A stretch of DNA of 36,101 nucleotides from a virus. Taxonomy: Duplodnaviria > Caudoviricetes. Every line of letters begins with the position of its first letter. Within the stretch, counting starts at the first letter, position 1. Below are positions 14,818 through 24,148 of the stretch, piece after piece. The DNA lies in the IMG/VR virus record IMGVR_UViG_3300031519_000086, positions 1-36,101 of that record; one strand, written 5' to 3'. The position numbers and the translations under genes are program-made. Under the pieces are notes generated by a model that was not told the DNA's origin, did not search any database, and worked only from the letters and a program-made list of their open reading frames with translations.

Positions 14818-16518
14818 TTAGTTACCTGCTCCACCAGCCGCAATACCTGCTGTAATCGAAGCAATAACTTCTGGAGACGTTTGCTCTAGGGACTGGGTTG
14901 TAATACGTCTTACTCTGAACCCGCCTTCATAGTATCTTCTTATCGTATCAGGAGAGTATCTACTTGTCTGAACTCTATCCTGTTGATTACCTCCAATAGC
15001 AAGAATTGTTCCGTCTTCCTCTACGTCAACAACAAAACTTATGTGGCCTTTACCCCATCCAAAACTGCCATCAGACTGCCTATTTGGATTTTTATTGAAG
15101 ACAATTACGTCTCCTGTCTGTACCGCATCGAGAGAACCTGCGTATGTTCTACCTGTTGTAGGGTTATGGTTGTATACTTCTTCGCCTATATCTTGGTAGT
15201 TCCACGCAAGGTTAGGGTTTTGTTGTGCAAGCGATGGTACTTCTACCCCAAGACTTCTGAAGATATGCCCTGCAAAAGCAGCACACCAAGGTTGTTTATC
15301 AGGATCAATGCCTTGTAACAGACCCCTCATAGCCCTCCTAAATTCTGGGTTTTCCTCTTCGATACCGTAGGCGTTATCTGCAATCCAAGTGATAGCATCG
15401 TCTCCTACCTCAGGTGTAGGTAGTGCGCCTGAGAAAGAAGCTCCATCAAAGATAGCTCTGTTAATATCTGTAGGAGAGTCACCCTCCGTCTGTTGTACGT
15501 TTTCTGCTATCTCTGTAGGGAGTTGTTCAATGACAACTTCTTTGGTTTGTTCAGGAGTATTAGGAGCCTCTACAACAGGGGCACCTTCTACAGGTAAGTT
15601 AATCTCTTGACCAACCATTACGTTGTTGAAGTCAGTAATGTCAGGGTTAGCGTCTTTCAACTGATCTAGTGTGAACGTGTTTTCGGATGCGATCTTAGAG
15701 AACGTATCTCCTCCTTGGGTCGTGTAAGTAACAGGAGCCTCAGTAGGAGCAGCCATCGCCTCACTCTCACTCGTAAAGAAAGCAATCTGATCATCTGTCA
15801 GATTATCTAATGCGTCTTGAGTAGCTTCGTCTAGTACACCAGTACGGGGTAGACCAAACAGCTCTTGAGCATCCTGAACAGCATTCGAAGTGTTCCTGCC
15901 ATAGACACCATCAACCTCTCCAACACTTGTACCAAGTCTGACTAGGGCTGTTTGAGCAGCACGGATGTCTCCGTTAGGTCCAGCATCTCTATCGCCTGTT
16001 CTGTATACGTTACCAGTAAGAGCAACGGTATCGTTTCCTACGTCTACAGTAGGGGCATGTCTTTCCCGACTGGCATCTCTTTCTTGTGCTCTTCGTTCCC
16101 GACTGGCAGCTCTTTCTTGTGCTCTTCGTTCCCGACTGGCATCTCTTTCTTGTGCTCTTCGTTCATATCTTTCTTGATCTCCTTCTACTCCTAGTCTCCG
16201 ACCTTCTCGATCTGCTAGTACTCCCTGTATCCGAGCTTCTTGATCTGCTTCTACTCCTTGTCTCCGAGCTTCTTGATCTGCTTCTACTCCTTGTCTCCGA
16301 GCTGCTATATCTGCTTCTGCTAATTGTCTCCGTCTGTCTAAGGATGTAGGTGCAGCTGTAGGACGTGCAACTGGAGGTAAGGATTCTAAAGGAGCAGTAC
16401 CTCCATCTCTAACAGGAGGAAGGGTTGCCTCTGTGATAGGAGTCCCTGTGGTCATTCCACCTCCACCAACAGGGGCTGGTGTTAAAATCGGGTCGTCTAG
16501 TTCTGTGTGCCAAGCCAT
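14818..16518 (-). CDS. modular peptidoglycan hydrolase: repeat region + PG-binding domain + LysM + CHAP/NlpC-P60-like peptidase
   Basis: Likely start 16518 (SD AAGGA); AQTALVRLG..VDGVYG..T..AV...Q...GL..TG (PG_binding_1); YTTQGGDTFSKIA...L..ANP...VGQEINLP (LysM); PWCAAF...GHISFV...GGNQ (CHAP-like). Confidence 0.8.
   Translation of the reverse strand: MAWHTELDDPILTPAPVGGGGMTTGTPITEATLPPVRDGGTAPLESLPPVARPTAAPTSLDRRRQLAEADIAARRQGVEADQEARRQGVEADQEARIQGVLADREGRRLGVEGDQERYERRAQERDASRERRAQERAASRERRAQERDASRERHAPTVDVGNDTVALTGNVYRTGDRDAGPNGDIRAAQTALVRLGTSVGEVDGVYGRNTSNAVQDAQELFGLPRTGVLDEATQDALDNLTDDQIAFFTSESEAMAAPTEAPVTYTTQGGDTFSKIASENTFTLDQLKDANPDITDFNNVMVGQEINLPVEGAPVVEAPNTPEQTKEVVIEQLPTEIAENVQQTEGDSPTDINRAIFDGASFSGALPTPEVGDDAITWIADNAYGIEEENPEFRRAMRGLLQGIDPDKQPWCAAFAGHIFRSLGVEVPSLAQQNPNLAWNYQDIGEEVYNHNPTTGRTYAGSLDAVQTGDVIVFNKNPNRQSDGSFGWGKGHISFVVDVEEDGTILAIGGNQQDRVQTSRYSPDTIRRYYEGGFRVRRITTQSLEQTSPEVIASITAGIAAGGAGN
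16063..16335 (-). repeat. 33-bp coding tandem repeats (11-aa units)
   Basis: Three copies of TTCCCGACTGGCA(T/G)CTCTTTCTTGTGCTCTTCG (16063-16161), then about five degenerate ARRQGVEADQE units. Confidence 0.9.
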
Positions 16519-16528
16519 TATATTTTCC

Positions 16529-18925
16529 TTAAGGTTTAGTACGGATGTTGCCATCAGGGTCACGCCAACGAGTGCCAGAAGGAAGCGCATTGTATTCCTC
16601 TATCCCATTAGGAGTTATGACCTCATCACCACCGTCACCCCTATCATTGTTAGCAACCTGTGATCCTTCTCTCCTCTGTGACACAAGACCTGTTGGGTCT
16701 CTGTAGTAGGCCCCCGTTGGTACAGCTTGATACATCTCAGCAGTCATGCCCGTTTCAGTAGTGAAGGTAATGGGGTCTTGCTCAGTGCCTGAACCTTGTA
16801 CTCCCATAGAAGTAAGAGGAGCTTCAGGTGCAGGTGCAGTAGATGTAGGTTCGTCAGGTGCAGGTGCAGTAGATGTAGGTTCGTCAGGTGCAATACCCTC
16901 ACTGTGGATTAGCTCAACTAGGCCCGTGTCAATACCTGCACGTTGCATAAGACCAGCCATAATTCTCTGTGCAGCTACAGTGTCTCTAAGGTCAGCATAG
17001 TCACGGCCAAGACGACCAGCCCAAGTCCTTGCGTTAGGGTTATCAATACGACGACCTCTGTCATTCATCAAAGCTACAAGGCTACCGTTGTACAACTCAT
17101 TAGCATAGTTGTTAAGAGCATTGATCTCACCACGAGAGAACACACCAGTGTCAGGATTGATTGTGACGTTTCCTGTGGAGTCTACGTTAAGGTTTCCTCT
17201 TGAAAGGGCTGCACGAGACGTAAGGGCAAGTTCAGCCGCTTGTGCCATTAGTGCGTTCTGCACTCTAGCTTCTGTCATTGCGTGTGCTTCTGGGTCGATG
17301 TTCTTAAGAGCACCTAGAGTAGTGAAGAACTCAGGGCGGAACACACCTTGAAGGTACGAAGGCTCAAACAGTCTGTTAGATGTAGCAATCGCAGCTGTGA
17401 TCTGACCTGCGCCACCAACAAAACCATTACGTACATCTGGGTCCTGAATACCTCTACCGTTTGTAGAAGCTACCATAAGACCGTTAGCTACGTCGATAAG
17501 GTTCACACGATCTTTGGCTGTAAGACCTGCTTCCTGCTCTCTTCTAAGTTGACCAGCAGAAACAGCTAGAGGAGAGTTAAGTCTCTCAAGGAAGCTAGGG
17601 TCGTGCAGACCATCAGTCGTGATTGCAATAGCTTGTGCGACTGGCATCTGTGCTGGAGTAACAGCTGGAGTACCTGCTGGTGGGAGTGTAGTTGTGGTGA
17701 CAGCAGGAGTGAGTACTGACGTAGCGGTAGCTGGTTCACCTGCTGGAGTAACAGCTGGAGTACCTGTAGGAGTAGGGGTCTGAGCAAGGGGAGCTTGACC
17801 AGCCTGAGTGTCAGGTGCTGGAGGATTAAGGACATCGTTAAATGGTGTGAAGTCTAAGTTAGAAGCTTCAAGTCCTACTTGACCAACTACACCAAGAACC
17901 TCTGCACGGGAGTCCCTAATAGCAGCTTGAATAAGGTCTGCGTTAGCTGTGAAGAACTGAGTACGACCCTCAGGTGTTTGCAATGCAGCGGCTGCAAGGG
18001 CTGCGTTAGCCCCACCCTCTTGTCCTGCCTGAGCAAGGAGAACTCTAGTTGCAGCCTGTAGCATCTCAGTTGATTGTAGGTCAAGGGTCTGTGCGTCTAC
18101 TGCTTGAATCTGTACGATAAGTGCATCAAGAGCATCTAGCTTTTCTGTGATAGGAGCATACAAGCTTGCGTCCACACCCGTTGGTCTGGTCAAGACTGTA
18201 CGTAGTACACTAAGGTTGTTCTGAAGACCTATGATAGACTCAACAGATACGTCACCACCACTTGCTTCGATGGACAGTCCTTCTAAGGCTACCTGTGTCA
18301 GAGAACCGATCAAGCCATCTGCACGGGCTGCAAAGGCTGGGAAGTCCGCATTAGACCCATCTGTAAAGGTTGACGCAGCTAGAAGGTCAGCCTCGTTACT
18401 CTGGTAAATACGGTAGGCCAGAGACATGACAGCTTCTTCTGTGGGTTGTTGACCTGATTGTACAATCTGTCTTTCAGCCAAAGAAATGTAAGCTGGGTTC
18501 TCACCCAAGGCTTGCATCATAGTGTTCGATGCGGCATCCATTGGGTCAATGACGCTGATGTCAATCCCCGTAGTGCGGAGAATAAGGTTAGCTTCTTCTG
18601 TACCAATCTGTTGACCACTTGTCTCGTAAGAAGCTACCAGACCACCAACCCTAGCACGGACCTGTGCGGGGTCATCAACACCATTAAGGCTGTACAGACC
18701 CTCAGCTAAGGCTCCGTAAGCAGCCTGATTAACCTGACCTTGAGTAGGTTGGGCGGCTTGGGCTGCTCTATTCCTAGCTGCTTGGATACCTAGCAAGCCT
18801 TCACCAATACTTGCCAGACCCCCTACTGTACTAGCCAAAGCGCTGGAGGGTAAGGCATTAGAGGGGGCGACATACCTAGGGATATCGACACCTGCATCAT
18901 TAACTTCAAGGGAGAATCCAGCCAT
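16529..18925 (-). CDS. internal virion (ejection) protein
   Basis: About 798 aa from MAGFSL; helical Ala/Gln-rich; lies in the internal-protein block. Confidence 0.7.
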   Translation of the reverse strand: MAGFSLEVNDAGVDIPRYVAPSNALPSSALASTVGGLASIGEGLLGIQAARNRAAQAAQPTQGQVNQAAYGALAEGLYSLNGVDDPAQVRARVGGLVASYETSGQQIGTEEANLILRTTGIDISVIDPMDAASNTMMQALGENPAYISLAERQIVQSGQQPTEEAVMSLAYRIYQSNEADLLAASTFTDGSNADFPAFAARADGLIGSLTQVALEGLSIEASGGDVSVESIIGLQNNLSVLRTVLTRPTGVDASLYAPITEKLDALDALIVQIQAVDAQTLDLQSTEMLQAATRVLLAQAGQEGGANAALAAAALQTPEGRTQFFTANADLIQAAIRDSRAEVLGVVGQVGLEASNLDFTPFNDVLNPPAPDTQAGQAPLAQTPTPTGTPAVTPAGEPATATSVLTPAVTTTTLPPAGTPAVTPAQMPVAQAIAITTDGLHDPSFLERLNSPLAVSAGQLRREQEAGLTAKDRVNLIDVANGLMVASTNGRGIQDPDVRNGFVGGAGQITAAIATSNRLFEPSYLQGVFRPEFFTTLGALKNIDPEAHAMTEARVQNALMAQAAELALTSRAALSRGNLNVDSTGNVTINPDTGVFSRGEINALNNYANELYNGSLVALMNDRGRRIDNPNARTWAGRLGRDYADLRDTVAAQRIMAGLMQRAGIDTGLVELIHSEGIAPDEPTSTAPAPDEPTSTAPAPEAPLTSMGVQGSGTEQDPITFTTETGMTAEMYQAVPTGAYYRDPTGLVSQRREGSQVANNDRGDGGDEVITPNGIEEYNALPSGTRWRDPDGNIRTKP
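16824..16892 (-). repeat. 30-bp tandem repeat, 2.3 copies (PDEPTSTAPA)
   Basis: TCAGGTGCAGGTGCAGTAGATGTAGGTTCG duplicated exactly. Confidence 0.9.
17651..17766 (-). repeat. 26-bp direct repeat in a Pro/Thr/Ala linker (GTPAVTPA)
   Basis: TGCTGGAGTAACAGCTGGAGTACCTG at 17651-17676 and 17741-17766. Confidence 0.85.
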
Positions 18926-18929
18926 TTTA

Positions 18930-21900
18930 TTACCTCTGCTGTTCCATAATTCGTGCTTCGTATGGAAGCCCAAGTCTTATAGCATTACGCATGATCTGCA
19001 TCTGTTGGTCAGAGTTTACCATGCTTCTTTGAATTGATAGTTTTAGCTCGTTAGAGAGTGGTAACGTCCAGAGGTAGTCCATAGTTTGACCGTAAAGTTG
19101 AATACCAGTCTCAATGTCCTCAGGATTACTAGACGTCATGTCTGTCAAAGCTTGACGAGATAGCTCTAGTATTTCATTACGGTAGCCTTGGTACTCTTGG
19201 TTAGCTTCTCTTACTATCTCATTGTAGTTGTACCAGTTGTTGACTGCTGCAATCTGAGCACCGAAGGCAACAGCACCAGCTGCTGACATTCTCTCGTCAC
19301 CGTCAGAAGTACCTGCCGCAGTTCTGTTAGTTCTACTCTGGTACTGACCAGTGAAGATAAGTTCTCTGATCTTAATTACCTTATCTACAGTGGATATGTT
19401 TCTTAAGGTGTACTCAAGGTCTTCATTAAAGATGTACCAGCGTTGACCCTGTACAGAACTAAGTGTTCGAGTCAAGCCACTCCAGATATCGTTGGTGATA
19501 GAACCTGACGGACCAAACAAGGTCTCCACAATACTATCCTCAAACAGACCACTAAACACATCCGTAAGCTGACCTAAGGGAGCTACACGTTCTCCATAAG
19601 CTGTGTCAACTCCAAGAAAATCTCCAATAAGGTGGTCACCTAGACCATACTTAATATCGTTGTAGAACTTGACTGATTCAGGATCGTTAGGATCGAAGCC
19701 CATCTTCTCAGTGATGAACCCAGCAGTGCTACCTAAGCCCATTCCCGTCAGACCCCACAGAGGACCCATGACAGCAGCCATCCTTAGTTTTTCACCTACT
19801 GTAAAGTCTCTACCGATAGTGATGTTCTCTAAAGCTCTGAAGGAGAATGACAACCACTGAGCAGGTACTCTAGCTGGTCCTTGGGTCCATGCCCCTTTAC
19901 CACTTGTGGTCATCCTGAAGCTTAGGTCTTGCTCTCTGTTTGCAATCCAGCGAAGACCTGTGGGACTAAAAGCATCCTCACCTACTCTCTTAGAGCCATG
20001 CTCAAGAACAGCTGTGGTCATTGACATGACACGAGTAATGGATTCACCAGTCCTGAAAGGGAGTGTACTCGCATCCAGAAGCTTACGTGCACCCTGCGCT
20101 GCTCTACCCGTTAGGTTAGAGGCAGAAGCGTAGTTCTCAACACCCTGAAGTTCTACGATCTGGTTGTCAATGTTAGCTCTACCACTTTCTTTGATGTACC
20201 TTACAATGTTAGTAAGTTCTTCTTCTGTGGCGATCTTAGTAGCAGCTGCACGTTTAATAGCTACTCGTGCTGCATCATCAGGTAAAGAAGCAATAAGCCT
20301 AACAGGAGCACCTAGCATCAAAGCTCTTGCACCCTGTATAGGCGATGCACCTACTATGGTCAAGCTATGTAAACCTTGTAGAAGGAACTGGTCAGGGGTA
20401 TAGAAACCAAACTTAGAATAAAAACCAACTTGCAACAGTCTAGAGGATACATCAGTCTTTGTCAAGTCAAGTTTAATTCCAGTTCCACTGAAGATTGACT
20501 CAGTTGCAGTTTTAGTAAACTTCTCCCAACCACGGCTAATTCTTGTGTGCTCACCCATACGGCGCAACAGTATGTTTTGTTGTTCTAAGAGTTGACCAAC
20601 GATATCTTTAGAGTCGCCAGCTGTGCTAACAGTAGCGCCTCGTATTAGACCTTGATAATCATCTGCACCTATACCCGCAGGGAACTCAACTGCGTCAGTA
20701 GTACGGGCAAGCTTTACCCAGCCCTCCATAGCATCTTTAGTTGCAGCTGCGTTAGCATACTTGTAAACCTCAGAGCCGAACTGATCTGCAATGGCTGAGA
20801 TAGGGTTAGCGTTAACTGCCTGACCACCTCCGTAGTTCATCAAAGGAGTATCTCTACGGCGCATGTTAATACGACTGTTAACCAAGTCACCGAAGCTTCC
20901 TAGCTTAGTGAGGGATGGGTCAGTACCTGCATCTTTGATTGTGATCTTTTCGTCACGTGCCTTAGCTGCGAACTCTTCTGTAAAACGGAAACGGTGTTTA
21001 GCTCCAACTCTAAGCAAGTCACTAAAGTCAGTGATGTTAGGGTTCCAGTCGTTGTTCCTGCGAATAAGAGCATTCATCTCTTCGGTTTGTTTAGCAGTCA
21101 AACGCAGGTCTTGAAGGTTCTTGACAGCTGCTGCCTCAAGAAGCTCTTTAACTTCACGAGTAATGTTGTTAAGTTGCCTTACCGCAGTTTTAGCTTGCTT
21201 TTGACCGAAGGAACCTAAGATTGTCTTGAAGGCTGAGTTGACGGTGTTACCTGAGGCAAGAGTGGTCTCAGTAGCTGAACCTACAAACCAGCGCATGTCA
21301 CTGTTGTCACGAGGGCCACCTACGTTGTATGGCATGACGTCAAGCTTATTGGGCTGACGTGCCTGACGCACACCAGTTACATAGAGGTGTTCAACAAATG
21401 TGTCTGGAACCTTGAATACGATAGCATCACCTGAAACCTCAGAAGGTCTCATGCTCATGCCAGATGTGACGTCCAACACAAGTTCATCCTCAGGGATAGA
21501 TGACAGAGGTGTACGGTAGCCTAGGTCTACATAATCGTCTGCAAGCTCTAAGATTTCACCACCTTCATTGACAACCTGTTTAAGACGAGCACTGGAGGAG
21601 ATGTGCCAAGCTGTGTCACTTACGTCAAGGACAGCTGTATAGGCTCTGACTACTTTGTCACTTGGAAACTGACCGTATGCTTCAGCATAGAGAGCCTTGA
21701 AGGAAATACCATCAGGCGCTGCTCTCATGTAGGACAAGTCACCATCACGTAGACGTTCAAAGAAGTCTCTCAGGTTAACTTGTTCTGTTCTGCGGAGAGA
21801 TGATACTGCTTTTCTGTAAGGCTTAAACAATGCAGGAATATCTGAAATCTTAGCTTCAGCTTGCATAATCTTAGCACCAACACGAGGACCTAAGTTCTTT

Positions 21901-23351
21901 GTGTCACCACTTTGAATGTTACGTAGGAGGTTGGTGACGACATCTGCCCTCTGAACTACCTCAGCCATGTCACCTGCACCAGTAAGGTCCAAGCGTTTCT
22001 CAACCTGAATGAAGTAACCAACAGCCTCATCTGCATCTGGTACATCTGCTGCTTTTACAACAGTCAAGGCTGGGTCTCTAGAGGCAATCTTCTCAGCTGC
22101 TTCTCTAGTTGGAAATGCACCACCAGTACCTTCCTTACCAAAGGTAGCCCTGATCTTATAATTGTTGCTTCCTTCGTCAATAACTCTTGACAACCTAATG
22201 CCTACGTCAGAAGTTCCTTTGATGATTGAATCAGCAGCTTCATCTGCAAGTTGACGGATGGTGGCCTCAGGTAAATACTCACCGAAGTGACCACTCTTGT
22301 TAATAGCCTCAAGCTTCTCAAATAGCTCAGGCTTCCTTGCTTGGTTACGGTACGTTACTGGTGATGGACGACGCAAGGTAGACGCACCAGCTACAGGGTC
22401 AAGGCTCTCGTCTACGATTGCACGACCTGCCATGATTTTATCTGTCTGGATACCTTCACGTTCTACGTAACGACCAAGAGCAGTACCTGCTTCAACCTCA
22501 CCAGCTACCTCAGCGATAGCATCCACTGCACGACGAGAACTTCCAAGTGATTTTACAGTCCTAGCTCCAATGGCTCCGATACCGTAGGCGTCAGCTGCAC
22601 CCATGACGGCATTGAAATGACCAAAGGGGTCATCACCTAGGAATTGTTCATCATTAACAATCTTGTAAAGATTCCAGATAGAATCCTCAGAGAAGACACC
22701 CTCGTTACTGCGTTCTTCGATGTAGTCTTTAGCCCAATCCTCAAACTCTCTAGGAGTAAGAGTCAAGAAGGCATCTTGAATATCACTACCTTCTCTGTTA
22801 GAACGATAAGTCAGGTTCTCAATAGAACCAATAGTCATCTCTCTAAGGATGTTGACATCAAGGAACGTAAGAATCTTACTGAAGATGCCTTGTTCATTCT
22901 CATCAAACTTCTCAGCCATAAGTCTGTCAAAGATTTCAGTGTTAGCCACAACCCTAGCTGCGTAAGGGTTTACGTCTGGATTAGCTAAAACAAGAGACTG
23001 GTTAAAGATAAAATCAGAGGCTGTCATGTCTTGCTCTCTGGCAATACGATCAGCTGCACGTTCTGAAGCCTCCTCAGGGGAGACACCATCCTCGTAGTCT
23101 TGGTCAATCTGTTCTTGGAGTGGGTAGTTCTCCCTAGCGTTACCCTCAGCTACAACACGAAGGGTCTCATCACCAGAATCCCTAGCTGACTCAATGTCAA
23201 TAGTCGGGATTTCCAAGGCAAACGAGAGGTCAGTGTTAATAGAGATTTGACGTTCAGTGTTGTGAAGAAGGCTAGGTCGTGCAGCAGGTTCATAGGAACC
23301 AGCAATAGCAGCTTCGTTCTCAAGTTCAGCTTGGATGGTGAGTCTGGTCAT
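18930..23351 (-). CDS. large internal virion (ejection) protein, gp16-like by size
   Basis: 1473 aa; synteny after tail and gp14-like genes; no catalytic motif recognised. Confidence 0.7.
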   Translation of the reverse strand: MTRLTIQAELENEAAIAGSYEPAARPSLLHNTERQISINTDLSFALEIPTIDIESARDSGDETLRVVAEGNARENYPLQEQIDQDYEDGVSPEEASERAADRIAREQDMTASDFIFNQSLVLANPDVNPYAARVVANTEIFDRLMAEKFDENEQGIFSKILTFLDVNILREMTIGSIENLTYRSNREGSDIQDAFLTLTPREFEDWAKDYIEERSNEGVFSEDSIWNLYKIVNDEQFLGDDPFGHFNAVMGAADAYGIGAIGARTVKSLGSSRRAVDAIAEVAGEVEAGTALGRYVEREGIQTDKIMAGRAIVDESLDPVAGASTLRRPSPVTYRNQARKPELFEKLEAINKSGHFGEYLPEATIRQLADEAADSIIKGTSDVGIRLSRVIDEGSNNYKIRATFGKEGTGGAFPTREAAEKIASRDPALTVVKAADVPDADEAVGYFIQVEKRLDLTGAGDMAEVVQRADVVTNLLRNIQSGDTKNLGPRVGAKIMQAEAKISDIPALFKPYRKAVSSLRRTEQVNLRDFFERLRDGDLSYMRAAPDGISFKALYAEAYGQFPSDKVVRAYTAVLDVSDTAWHISSSARLKQVVNEGGEILELADDYVDLGYRTPLSSIPEDELVLDVTSGMSMRPSEVSGDAIVFKVPDTFVEHLYVTGVRQARQPNKLDVMPYNVGGPRDNSDMRWFVGSATETTLASGNTVNSAFKTILGSFGQKQAKTAVRQLNNITREVKELLEAAAVKNLQDLRLTAKQTEEMNALIRRNNDWNPNITDFSDLLRVGAKHRFRFTEEFAAKARDEKITIKDAGTDPSLTKLGSFGDLVNSRINMRRRDTPLMNYGGGQAVNANPISAIADQFGSEVYKYANAAATKDAMEGWVKLARTTDAVEFPAGIGADDYQGLIRGATVSTAGDSKDIVGQLLEQQNILLRRMGEHTRISRGWEKFTKTATESIFSGTGIKLDLTKTDVSSRLLQVGFYSKFGFYTPDQFLLQGLHSLTIVGASPIQGARALMLGAPVRLIASLPDDAARVAIKRAAATKIATEEELTNIVRYIKESGRANIDNQIVELQGVENYASASNLTGRAAQGARKLLDASTLPFRTGESITRVMSMTTAVLEHGSKRVGEDAFSPTGLRWIANREQDLSFRMTTSGKGAWTQGPARVPAQWLSFSFRALENITIGRDFTVGEKLRMAAVMGPLWGLTGMGLGSTAGFITEKMGFDPNDPESVKFYNDIKYGLGDHLIGDFLGVDTAYGERVAPLGQLTDVFSGLFEDSIVETLFGPSGSITNDIWSGLTRTLSSVQGQRWYIFNEDLEYTLRNISTVDKVIKIRELIFTGQYQSRTNRTAAGTSDGDERMSAAGAVAFGAQIAAVNNWYNYNEIVREANQEYQGYRNEILELSRQALTDMTSSNPEDIETGIQLYGQTMDYLWTLPLSNELKLSIQRSMVNSDQQMQIMRNAIRLGLPYEARIMEQQR

Positions 23352-23367
23352 TAGTTTTAATTCCTAG

Positions 23368-23841
23368 TTAATCAAAAAGAGTACTAAAGTCTGTTTGAGC
23401 ACCTTTGAAAGCCAAACCAGAAATACTACCGAAGGCAGATGATCTGGCATTATATCCTGCTGCGACGCCTTGGTATCCTATTGCTTGGCTTTGTGCTTGA
23501 AAGAGGTTATTCTGTAAACCTTGCTGCACACCTGAATATCCTAGATTAGCTCCGAACTGAGAGGTAGCTGAGGAAAGACCCCCAGAAAAACCTGAGCCAC
23601 CTGCCACACCAGCTGCCGTAGCTTGGTTCTGTATCTGTGCACGTTGAATAAGGTTCTGACGAATAGCCTGTCTACGTGATCTGTTAGCCTGTGCTTGGGC
23701 CTGTTGACGTTGAACCTCAACGCCTCTTTGTTGAGCCTCAGCTGCTCTTCCTTGAGCCTTGGCTGCTTTATTGGATTGAACAACAGAGGCTACGCCTGAC
23801 GCCGCACCTACTGCCGCTAGTATGAGGGGTAATCCTGACAT
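23368..23841 (-). CDS. internal virion protein, gp14-like
   Basis: Hydrophobic Gly/Ala N-terminus, Gln/Ala helix, second Gly-rich patch. Confidence 0.7.
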   Translation of the reverse strand: MSGLPLILAAVGAASGVASVVQSNKAAKAQGRAAEAQQRGVEVQRQQAQAQANRSRRQAIRQNLIQRAQIQNQATAAGVAGGSGFSGGLSSATSQFGANLGYSGVQQGLQNNLFQAQSQAIGYQGVAAGYNARSSAFGSISGLAFKGAQTDFSTLFD

Positions 23842-23842
23842 T

Positions 23843-24148
23843 TCACTTTCCTTTGTATCTTTGTATTGAGTGACCTTCGTTACTTCCTACATATTCAAAG
23901 GACAGTAAACTTAGGAGTCTCAGTAATTTATTGTTTTCTTCTGGACAGGCTACAAAGATGTATTCGTAACCACACTCTTCAAAGAACCCAGCCCAATCAG
24001 ACAACAGTTGCTTCATATCCTTAAAGCAAGTTAAGTTAAACTTATGAACGACAGGAAGGTGAAGAATAACGAAGTTAGCGCCATACTCAAGGTCAACATC
24101 AAAGTAGACCCCTTTAATAGCTTTGAATCTTTTAGACTCTATGTCCAT
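23843..24148 (-). CDS. gp13-like / GNAT-like virion assembly protein
   Basis: Lies between the nozzle and gp14-like genes; NNKLLRLLSLLSFEYVG resembles the C-terminal GNAT motif. Confidence 0.45.
   Translation of the reverse strand: MDIESKRFKAIKGVYFDVDLEYGANFVILHLPVVHKFNLTCFKDMKQLLSDWAGFFEECGYEYIFVACPEENNKLLRLLSLLSFEYVGSNEGHSIQRYKGK

Noticed and set aside
16063-16335. 33-bp repeats as a CRISPR or mini-array
   Set aside because: Head-to-tail with no spacers, in frame within a CDS, and no cas genes
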